Part shown: positions 8,156 through 17,400 of the stretch, in pieces | How the letters are laid out: each line of letters opens with the position of its first letter | Position numbering within the stretch: position 1 is the first letter of the stretch | Source of the DNA: a virus | Direction: 5' to 3' (one strand) | DNA: 64,000 nucleotides | IMG/VR virus record: IMGVR_UViG_3300025098_000014 | Position numbers and translations under genes: made by a program | The notes under the pieces: model-generated | What the model was told of the DNA's origin: nothing | Seen by the model: the letters and a program-made list of their open reading frames with translations, nothing else | The model's database searches: none

Positions 8156-9334
8156 CTACTTGGTTGCCCAGGTCTTGTCAACCGTAATGTTGGCAAGACG
8201 AAACTCATCGTCAACAAACTTCATCATAGATTTATCGTTGTGGACAACATAACCCTCTGGATTTGTAGGAGTTTGACCGATGAATGTCTTGATAGTACCG
8301 ACTTTGTTGAGTTGATCGATAACCATCTTCTTAGCACTACGAATAGAAATATATGCAGCAACTAGAAAATAGAACTCACGACGGTGATGTGCAATAAACA
8401 TAAGACCATCAGATTCCATGTTGTCATACTTTTTCTGAGTGGCAGCAGTCTTCTTCTTACCTTTCTCAGTTTGAATAGCAACTCTGTAGAATTGTGCAAA
8501 CTCAGCAACCATTGTCTTTGCATTGACAATGCCACGACCAGCACGAATGCGCTGATTGAAGAACTTCTTAATGAGAAGGTGCATCATTAGATTAGATCTA
8601 CCTTGACCTTGTAAGATGTCAAGAAACTTAGAAGATTGCTTTAGCGCACCTTGTGCGCGATTGATGTGAGCATTGAAAGTATACAGATCTCCTTGATCAA
8701 ACAAAGAAGAACCAGTGGCATCAATAAAATTCGCACTGGCAACAAAAACATCTTCAGTAGAATGATACTTAGGGGCTTTCTTGAGAGGTACAACTTCCGC
8801 AGTCTGTAGAGTATCGCCCTTGTATTTTGTATGAAATACGATTCCAAGTTTGGAAAGATGAACGACAGAACCTGTACGGGAATTACGATCAACAGCGTAA
8901 GTAATAGTATTAGGAGTGAAACAAATAACTCTGTTTCCACCGATAATGCCGCTTCTCTTATCTTCCGCAGTGAATAATAAGTCACCTTGAACGATACCTG
9001 AGATATTGAGTTGAGGAAGATACTGCAAGCAATCTTTGAGTTTGGATGCAAGTTGACCAGTATAGAAACGATCTACATCAGTGTCATCAAAACAGATCTT
9101 TGGATTGACTTTGTTGAATACTGATTTAGTACCAACAAAGAAACGACCACTGACAGGTTCTGTGCCACAAATGATAGCTGGAGCACCATCCCACTTCGTG
9201 GTGATATTTAAGTCACTAGACTTGCCAGACAACATGTCACTGAACTGACGCAAAAATGTGATGACATTGAAACCACCAGCGGTGCCGCTGTTCAGGATCT
9301 CGTCTTCTAGGTGCTCAAGGTGTGTGTTCTTCAT
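8156..9334 (-). CDS. conserved cyanophage protein with ligase-like KxDG motif (DUF6267-like)
   Basis: NTHLEHLED, TKWDGAPA, QGDLLF, EGYV and K.V...F motifs. Confidence 0.7.
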   Translation of the reverse strand: MKNTHLEHLEDEILNSGTAGGFNVITFLRQFSDMLSGKSSDLNITTKWDGAPAIICGTEPVSGRFFVGTKSVFNKVNPKICFDDTDVDRFYTGQLASKLKDCLQYLPQLNISGIVQGDLLFTAEDKRSGIIGGNRVICFTPNTITYAVDRNSRTGSVVHLSKLGIVFHTKYKGDTLQTAEVVPLKKAPKYHSTEDVFVASANFIDATGSSLFDQGDLYTFNAHINRAQGALKQSSKFLDILQGQGRSNLMMHLLIKKFFNQRIRAGRGIVNAKTMVAEFAQFYRVAIQTEKGKKKTAATQKKYDNMESDGLMFIAHHRREFYFLVAAYISIRSAKKMVIDQLNKVGTIKTFIGQTPTNPEGYVVHNDKSMMKFVDDEFRLANITVDKTWATK

Positions 9335-9340
9335 GTCTGT

Positions 9341-9394
9341 ATTATAGCGCCTACACTGCGTTGTGGGCGGTTTAGTGGACAGTTCTTCATCTGA
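9341..9394 (-). promoter_or_regulatory. early promoter cassette (degenerate palindrome)
   Basis: TATAAT at 9341-9346; half-site AACTGT at 9379-9384. Confidence 0.55.
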
Positions 9395-9989
9395 ACCCAG
9401 GACCGTTTGCCCAGACCACTAGAGAGCGTCTAGTGCCCCTTGTGACAGGTGTCACACGATGAACCACATAGCTAGGAAACATCGTAACTATGCCTCTATC
9501 ATCTGCTGCTGTTTGAATGACACCATTATGTAACTGCAACTCACCACCATCATAATCATCAGGATCAGATAGTTGCACCGACATACTTAACTTTCTGGGT
9601 GGCATTTCACCCAGAACCATATTATCTACATGCCAACGATAAAATGAATCATTATCATTGTAAACAGTATATTGTAGATGTTCATGAAATCCATGAATAT
9701 CAAATCTCCAATGCATACCATTCATACATCTAAGAATATTACCCAGTCTGTCATATATCCACTCAGTATCATCATTCAACTCAATCCATGAGTTCTTTGA
9801 CTTTCTAATACTTGTTTCTATTTCGTGCGATTCTTCATCCTGCCCTACAACTGAGTCATGAGGATTTAATGACTCTCCATAAGTAATAATCTTATCACAT
9901 TCTTCAGATGTAAATCCATCTTCCCAAGACTCATATAATATTTCCCCCGTACCAAAGTTTGGTGAGGGAGATATGCGATAAATTGACAT
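9387..9989 (-). CDS. 2OG-Fe(II) oxygenase, prolyl-4-hydroxylase-like
   Basis: WHVD, RKLS, YDGGEL and HRVTPVTRGTRRSLV motifs. Confidence 0.9.
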   Translation of the reverse strand: MSIYRISPSPNFGTGEILYESWEDGFTSEECDKIITYGESLNPHDSVVGQDEESHEIETSIRKSKNSWIELNDDTEWIYDRLGNILRCMNGMHWRFDIHGFHEHLQYTVYNDNDSFYRWHVDNMVLGEMPPRKLSMSVQLSDPDDYDGGELQLHNGVIQTAADDRGIVTMFPSYVVHRVTPVTRGTRRSLVVWANGPGFR

Positions 9990-9996
9990 AATAAAA

Positions 9997-11637
9997 TCAG
10001 TAAACTACTTTAATATCCCCATTATTAGGAATCACTTCATATTTGCTACCCTTAACAGCGCGACCACCTTGACCACCAGCAGCGCCACCAAATGCAGGTT
10101 GACCCCAATCACCACCGGATCCACCGGGTTGACCGGGTTGGCCACCTTGTCCAGGAGTACCAGCTCTTCCAGGGGTTCCAGGTTGACCGGGTTGACCAGG
10201 TTGACCGCTACCACCGGGTGTTCCACGACCACCACGACCACCAGGGGTTCCAGGAGTTCCAGGAGTACCAGCACCACATGATGCACCACCACCACGGCCA
10301 CCAGGAGTTCCACTAGATCCAGGAGATCCACTACCACCAGGTTGACCGCCTCCGCCGCCACCACCTGATCCACCGGGACCGCCACCACCACCAGGGGTGC
10401 CAGGTTGTCCAGGAGTGCCAGGTTGTCCAGTGATATTGCCCGTCTTATAGTTCCAACCGCGACCGGGAGCACCTACCCCACGATAGCCGCCGCCACCGCC
10501 AGTTCCATTGTATCCTGAAGGACCACCTGAACCACCGCCACCACCTGAACCACCGCCGCCGCCACCGCCGCCGGATCCACCGCCACCGCCTGATCCACCG
10601 CCACCACCGGATCCACCGGAGCAATGATGCCGATGTCTCATACTGTTTCTTGCCTGAAATGTATTTCTGCTCTGATAACCTTGCCTCTCCTGTTTTGGTC
10701 CCCTTCTACTACGGGGCCAACCACCATACCGTTTTCTTCTAGATCTTCTATCTCTGTTACTATTTCTATTTTGCTTACCGGATCTTTGCTGATACCCATG
10801 TCTCTGCTGACCGCCACTACCGGGTGATCCAGGACTACCATTTCCACCACGACCACCGGGTGATCCACTACCACCTGAACCACCGGGTGATCCAGGACTA
10901 CCAGGAGATCCAGAAGATGCACCGGATCCATTAGATCCAGGAGATCCGTTAGATCCAGTTTTGCCACCACCACCACCAGCATAAATGCGAGAGTCTGATC
11001 CTTCGCATTCTACAAATACTTTACGAATTGCAGGAGCACCAGGATTAGATATTTCAATCGCATGACCGCCAGGTTGTCCCTGTGCATTTCCCCCGGCAGA
11101 ATAAACACCATATGATGGTGGTGCATTATTTACATAGATGTTTAGATTTGATGATGCATCATTAGCAACAACAGCAGGAGATGCAACACTGGTACTAACA
11201 ATTCTACCTTTTATCCTTAGATACTTTGATATATTTCTGTTAAGATTTCCATTCCATTGTGCATTGATACTAGGAGTTGATGGACTATTTAAATCAGTAA
11301 CACTAAAGTTTTCTTCTTCAGAGTTAGCTGCCTGCTCAATTACATATTCATCAATAATACCTCTAAGATCTTGAGGTGTGATAGCTCCACTCGTACCAAC
11401 ACCTACATTTTCAGTTGCATCCAACACATATGGTAGATGAGGAGAAGATGATGTGGCATATTTGCCTGTATTGAAATCATATGGTGCATCAAGATCTGTG
11501 ACTCGATGCATCTCAGATGCAGAAATTGAGGCGGAAGTATTACCTACTGCCGCCCTAACATCACCATAAGAAATCTGTGTTCCTGGTGTACCTGTGAGGA
11601 GTTGTTGAGTTTTTGTGCTCCAATCTCCGTAAGCCAT
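9997..11637 (-). CDS. glycine-rich tail-fibre tip adhesin (T-even gp38-like polyglycine II)
   Basis: GGHAI, IYAGGGGG, GG.GG.WG and GG.AV.G...G.I motifs; long G-X-X tracts; follows the fibre genes. Confidence 0.65.
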   Translation of the reverse strand: MAYGDWSTKTQQLLTGTPGTQISYGDVRAAVGNTSASISASEMHRVTDLDAPYDFNTGKYATSSSPHLPYVLDATENVGVGTSGAITPQDLRGIIDEYVIEQAANSEEENFSVTDLNSPSTPSINAQWNGNLNRNISKYLRIKGRIVSTSVASPAVVANDASSNLNIYVNNAPPSYGVYSAGGNAQGQPGGHAIEISNPGAPAIRKVFVECEGSDSRIYAGGGGGKTGSNGSPGSNGSGASSGSPGSPGSPGGSGGSGSPGGRGGNGSPGSPGSGGQQRHGYQQRSGKQNRNSNRDRRSRRKRYGGWPRSRRGPKQERQGYQSRNTFQARNSMRHRHHCSGGSGGGGGSGGGGGSGGGGGGGGSGGGGGSGGPSGYNGTGGGGGYRGVGAPGRGWNYKTGNITGQPGTPGQPGTPGGGGGPGGSGGGGGGGQPGGSGSPGSSGTPGGRGGGASCGAGTPGTPGTPGGRGGRGTPGGSGQPGQPGQPGTPGRAGTPGQGGQPGQPGGSGGDWGQPAFGGAAGGQGGRAVKGSKYEVIPNNGDIKVVY

Positions 11638-11647
11638 ATATCAATCC

Positions 11648-14374
11648 TTATGAAAGCGTGAATGTTACTGAACCAATACCCGCAACCGAGATATAAATTT
11701 TAGTCGGATCTGATGCGTCCTGCTCAATATTTAGGGCTGAAGTTCCAGATGAAACATATGATCTGAAGATGCTAGCATCTGTTGCACTCGAACCTTGAGT
11801 GGTTGCATATTGGTGCTTATTATATGCCTTGTTATAGGTCATATGTGCAGTACCAAAACCAACAGGAGTTACACCGAACTCAGCACCAGGTTGAACAGCA
11901 TTGTCAACATTAGCCAGGATTTTAGCAGAACGATCAGCATCGCTATCAACAATACCACCAATATATCCAATTTCTTGAATATATTCAATAGGATCGTGAT
12001 ACTCACTTAGAACTGTTTTAATACCAACTGCATCAGGACCATTACCTTGGAAAAATAGGTTGTTAACATCAGAATTAGCATCAAACCAAAGACATCCAGC
12101 TTTAGATCCAACTGGTGTTCCATCATCTGTATTGCAGAGAATAAGACTACCAACAGATTGTGATATATCAATTGTCGAAGAAGGGGATAATGTATCGAAT
12201 CCAACTCTAACAAAACTCCCGGTATCAGTACCACCAAGACCAGTATGATTACTGTAGAACTTGGCATTTTTATAAACTTCTACGGCATTAGAGTCATTTA
12301 GACTAACCTTAGTACCGATACCAACACCACCCTCAAAGATTGATTCTCCACCAACAAATTCCTGAGATGCATTTCTTCTCAGTCCAACATAGAAATCAAC
12401 ATCATCTTGACGCTTACCTGATGTAGTACCAATACCAATACCACCATATCCAATTACAGCAATTTCAGCATTGTCATCCATGCTGATTCCTTCTTCTACT
12501 CTAATACCACCAAGTGTAGTATTAAATCCAACCTTCTTAATTAGTAAGTTAGTGTTATTTCCGTCAGTAATGTCAAGGTCAGCAACAGATGTAACACCGA
12601 CAGATCCAATCATGAACTGACAACTAACCGCTCCTCCTACAACAACACTTGTACCACTAATTTCTCCAGTACCACCATCTAACCGAATAGATCCAAATGT
12701 ACTAATACCACCACCATTATAAACAAATGTACTCTGAAGAGTCAAAGACTCTGCGAAAAGTGATGTTGTAGTAATAATACCACTCAAGTTAGCAAATACT
12801 GTACCAGATGCAGAAACTTGTGTTGATAGATCCCCAAAGACTAAGGTATCTGTAAGAATTCTACATGTGCCACCAATATTGACTTGCTTGAATGTTGCAG
12901 AGTCTCCACCAGTTTGAGTAATATCCCCGGTAATTGTTGTGTCATCAAGAGTTGCACTAGATCCTGGTACACAAGAGACAATGCCAAGTACAACTAACTC
13001 AGTAGCAGTAACATCAGAAATATTTACAGATCCGCCAAATGTACCACCGATTGAAAGATCACCACCAATAGTAACATCACCACCAAATGTACCATCTCCT
13101 GAGAAATCAGCACCACCAATAACACCCAATCCCCTACCAAGTGCAGAGGATGTACTACCTACACCAACAAAATTGGATACGATTACCTCACCACCAAATG
13201 TAGATATGCCAGTGTTTCTAATAAAGATGCTGTTAATTCCAAGAGAATCAATCTGATCAACACTAATATCAGGTACGCCAGTTAATCCTTGTGCCAAACC
13301 TGCGACACCAGTAATATCACCGATAACATCGCCAATGAATCCACCAGCAGCGCCAACCGAACCGCTAAATGTACCTGTTCCGACCACATCGAGATCATAA
13401 TCGGGGTCAACTCTAGATTTACCAACACCAATCTTACCTTCACTAGTAACAACTACACGAGGCTTATTCTTAATAGCATCTGGATCTAAATCATCTTGCC
13501 CCCAGAACTCAACTTGTCCGATAGGGGTATTACCTACACCAGTTACGGCACCGTTGAAAAGAATTGCTTGTCTTGGAATAGCACCACTAGTTTCAATAAA
13601 CCTAATGCCATGACGACTGTCTGCGTTAGATACAGTTCCAATGAAAGTAATACTATTCTCATCATTAGTGAATGTCAATCCACGATCAGTGCCAATCATG
13701 GCACCTGATGCCATATTTAATCCACCAACAAATGAACCGATACCAGTCAGTTCAATATTACCACTACCACTGACAGTTTGAACGCCAACAATATCACCAA
13801 CCAGGTTGATGTTACCTTGCTGTGCATTACCAGTAAGTGTAATATTTTTTGCACTCAGTCCTTCAAATGTACCAACACCACTAATAGCATCAACTCCAAC
13901 AAGATCACCAACAGCAAAAGATGCCTGTGGGAATGTTACAGATACACCAACAGGTCTAAATGCATATATTGTTGATCCTACTCCAGGTGTATCATTATCC
14001 CATACAGATGTTGGAAGGTTGGTTAATTGAGATCCATCACCCTCAAACTTGACAGCTCTTACTGTACCCCCAGTGGATATAGTAACACCCGTTGTTCCTA
14101 CACCAACTTGAAATACTGCTTCAGGTACTGTTGTTCCAATTCCAACTGAATATCCTACAGCAACATTAACATTGCCATAATGTGTTTGATATCCAATTAC
14201 ATTGACATCTCTAAAGTTAGCTTGATTTTCTACAATCAAGTTACCCCGAATATCAAGTTCCTCTCTAGGAATAGTCGTGCCGATTCCGACTAGACCATTA
14301 CTAGAGATTAGATCATCTGCATCAACCTGAATGCCATCTCTAAAGTTGATGATTGTCTTGTAATTATTAGGCAT
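11648..14374 (-). CDS. tail fibre protein
   Basis: Repeated VGIGT/GIST motifs and F.GDGS.LT; 908 aa. Confidence 0.8.
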   Translation of the reverse strand: MPNNYKTIINFRDGIQVDADDLISSNGLVGIGTTIPREELDIRGNLIVENQANFRDVNVIGYQTHYGNVNVAVGYSVGIGTTVPEAVFQVGVGTTGVTISTGGTVRAVKFEGDGSQLTNLPTSVWDNDTPGVGSTIYAFRPVGVSVTFPQASFAVGDLVGVDAISGVGTFEGLSAKNITLTGNAQQGNINLVGDIVGVQTVSGSGNIELTGIGSFVGGLNMASGAMIGTDRGLTFTNDENSITFIGTVSNADSRHGIRFIETSGAIPRQAILFNGAVTGVGNTPIGQVEFWGQDDLDPDAIKNKPRVVVTSEGKIGVGKSRVDPDYDLDVVGTGTFSGSVGAAGGFIGDVIGDITGVAGLAQGLTGVPDISVDQIDSLGINSIFIRNTGISTFGGEVIVSNFVGVGSTSSALGRGLGVIGGADFSGDGTFGGDVTIGGDLSIGGTFGGSVNISDVTATELVVLGIVSCVPGSSATLDDTTITGDITQTGGDSATFKQVNIGGTCRILTDTLVFGDLSTQVSASGTVFANLSGIITTTSLFAESLTLQSTFVYNGGGISTFGSIRLDGGTGEISGTSVVVGGAVSCQFMIGSVGVTSVADLDITDGNNTNLLIKKVGFNTTLGGIRVEEGISMDDNAEIAVIGYGGIGIGTTSGKRQDDVDFYVGLRRNASQEFVGGESIFEGGVGIGTKVSLNDSNAVEVYKNAKFYSNHTGLGGTDTGSFVRVGFDTLSPSSTIDISQSVGSLILCNTDDGTPVGSKAGCLWFDANSDVNNLFFQGNGPDAVGIKTVLSEYHDPIEYIQEIGYIGGIVDSDADRSAKILANVDNAVQPGAEFGVTPVGFGTAHMTYNKAYNKHQYATTQGSSATDASIFRSYVSSGTSALNIEQDASDPTKIYISVAGIGSVTFTLS

Positions 14375-14401
14375 TATCTTTTAGTGGCAAGACCTTTTTA
14401 C

Positions 14402-17400
14402 TTATTTATCCTTTAGTTCATCAACCTGTGAACTCAGGTCTTTGACTGCTTCAATAAGGAGAGGAATTAGTTTGTTATAGTGGACACCTTTAGTGCCATC
14501 AGGTTTGGTAGATACTGCCTCAGGGAGAACTTTTTCTACATCTTGAGCGATAACGCCAACATCGTGACCTGTATAGCTCTTGTTACCTTCCTTCCAATCG
14601 TATTCAGTACCACGAATCTGCATAACCTTAGCGAGAGGATTATCAAGTGTGGAAACATTTTCCTTCATAGCAAGGTCAGATGTCTGACCATAGAAAGCAA
14701 CAATGTCATCACATACATGGAGTGGACCACCACAATATGTAAATCCTGCACCACTCATGAATACATCACCAGAGAATGTGGTGAAACCATTGAAGTTAAC
14801 CTGCTTCTCAAATGTTACAGATGCTGTGTACCTAGTATCAGTTGCGATAGCAACAGCGAATCCAGTTGCAGCATTAAGAACAAGATCACCAGATCCAGCA
14901 ACTGTTCTAATTTCTGTCTGTTGAGTACCAACACCAACCAGAACATTGTTTAACTTAGCACCATTCGGGAAGTTTCCAACAATTTCAAGACTTCCACCAA
15001 GTTCAACAGTACCACTAGTAATTAAGTCATCAGTGAAGTTAACATCGTTGGAGAATGTGACAGGACCATCAAACTGAGATAGGATATTCTGTTGAGGACC
15101 ACCTTCAACAATGATTCTTTGTCTAACAATAACTTCATCAAATACAACAGAGTTACTAGATGCAGATTCACCTGTTACAGTAGGAATAGGAATACCGAAG
15201 GATGATTCTTCACCACTAGAAGAAGAGATTCTCTTGTTACCAATGTAGAAGTCACCTTCATTATTCAGACCAGTATATACAATTGCACCTGCTGATCTTT
15301 CTTGTGCCTGTGACAAATACTCTTCATCATCAGTCAGTGTTCTGTTTTGTACTTGGGGAAGACCTGTTGAATAGTTACCAGGACCATATCCAAGATATTC
15401 AAATGTGTGTCCAGATGCACGAAGAATCGATGGACGACGCATTTCAATAGCTAAAGGATCGACTTTTCTGATCAATGATCCTACATAATGTTCTGCCGGT
15501 AGTGTACCAAGCGCACCTCGAATAACACGAAGACCATCATTACCACCACCAATCAAACCTTTTTCAGATACTCTCATGATCTCAGCATCAACCTCAACAT
15601 AATCACCAAGTTGGAATCTTAAATCAGTACCAATACCAGCATTGGGAAGTTGTAGTCTAAGTGTTGTTGATGTTGCATCTAGTGCATCTTTAGCAGTTGC
15701 ATGCTCGCCACCATATAGATTGGTATATCTCGATCCAATAGCTTCACTAAGTGGAACTGTCTGATTATTACCATTGAATGCAGTTTTATACAGTCTATAT
15801 CCAGCACTATAATTGATATCATTTACTGTTGTAGTAGTAAATGTGTTAATACCTGCAACTGTATTAACCGTAAATTCTCCAAGATTGTTGCTACTAGCAT
15901 CTACAATCTTGAATCTAGATCCTTTACGGAGTCCGTGAGGATAAGATGTTGTGACAGTTGTCAATCCTAATGTGCTATCAAAATGAGTTGATGCTAGAGA
16001 GACAGAAGGTGTAACTCTGTAAGCATATTGACCTTCAATAACAATAGGATCGCCAGATGTTACTGCAATAGCAATACTATTCTTATCTGGTACACTAGTA
16101 ATTCGGAATAATCCATCACTAGTTGTGCCAATACCAGTAATTGATACTACATCACCAATACATGATGAAATACCAGAAGTGGGAACACCAATAGAAGATC
16201 CGGGATAATTCTCAATTGTTAATGTTTCTCCACCAGAGAAACCAGAACCAGGAGCAAATACTTCAAATCCAGTAATGGTAGTAGAACCAACACCTACAGT
16301 AACTGTAGCTGTGGCACCATTCCAAACACTACCATTTAGTAGTCTTATATTATGTTGTGTAGTTACAGCATATCCCGTAGAAGATACCAAATTCTCGTGA
16401 ATCTTAAGTCCACCTAAATCATGTTGGTTTTCAAAGGTAACTGTACAGACACCAGCAGAAATACCAGTAACACTGGATACTGCATAACCAACATTAAATG
16501 TAGTTAAGAACTTATCAACAGTTTCTCTGGTCAAAGAGTTCTTAAGATCATTTACATCAACTTTACCCAAAGGTGAGCGTCTTGCAAATGATTTTGCAGC
16601 TGGTGGGTTAATTAGAACATTATCTCTATCCTGTTGTGGATAGTAAAAAGTAACATTCTGCTCATATTTCTTAGGAGTAAACTCCTGAGGTGGTGAATAG
16701 TCAGCAGAAAGAAGTTCTAAGATGTAAACACCATCCTCCTGTCCAGCGAGATATTTTTCAACAACGGTACTACGATATACTGAGAAGTTTTTCTTATTAT
16801 TGTTAATTGCAAATCTAGGCAGGAATAAATTTCTGCTGTTGACAGTAGAGACAAAATTACCAGTGTTTCTTTCTACACCACCATTGTCAGTATTGCCATA
16901 ATTAAATTGATATGCATCAATTAATCCACTAACAGTAAAATATCCATTGTATCCTTTGTTAGCAAGTCCACCAGTATTATTAGAGTCTTGAACATTCTCT
17001 ACGAAGATGATATCTCCAACCTCAACCATGTGAGGTAATTCAGTTCTAACAGTAACAACAGATCCTGTTTCACTGATATCAGCAATAAACTGATGATTTC
17101 TCTTAAAGTTGTTATCGTCAAGAGAAATTGTAGTTGATGACGGATCACTAGTCTTAGCAAATCCAGTGAGGCTAGAGTTTTGGATGATGAAACCATTTAC
17201 AGGGTCTCTAGAGTTTCCTGCCTCTTTAGGAATAACATATCTTACCTTATACAACTTATCTTCAATACTTCTCTTATCTTCAAATCTTCTGATGAAACCA
17301 ATGTTAGTTCCAGCTCCAGCGTCTAAATTGATATTTGTTTGAATCTGAGGATAGATTGTATTACCATCCTCTACATGCAAGAACCATTGTTCCTGGTTAA

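Noticed and set aside
10032-10982. Val/Leu/Asp-rich alternative-frame and antisense ORFs over the Gly-rich gene
   Set aside because: Shadows of GGT/GGA-rich repetitive codons that lack stops; no RBS or independent signal.
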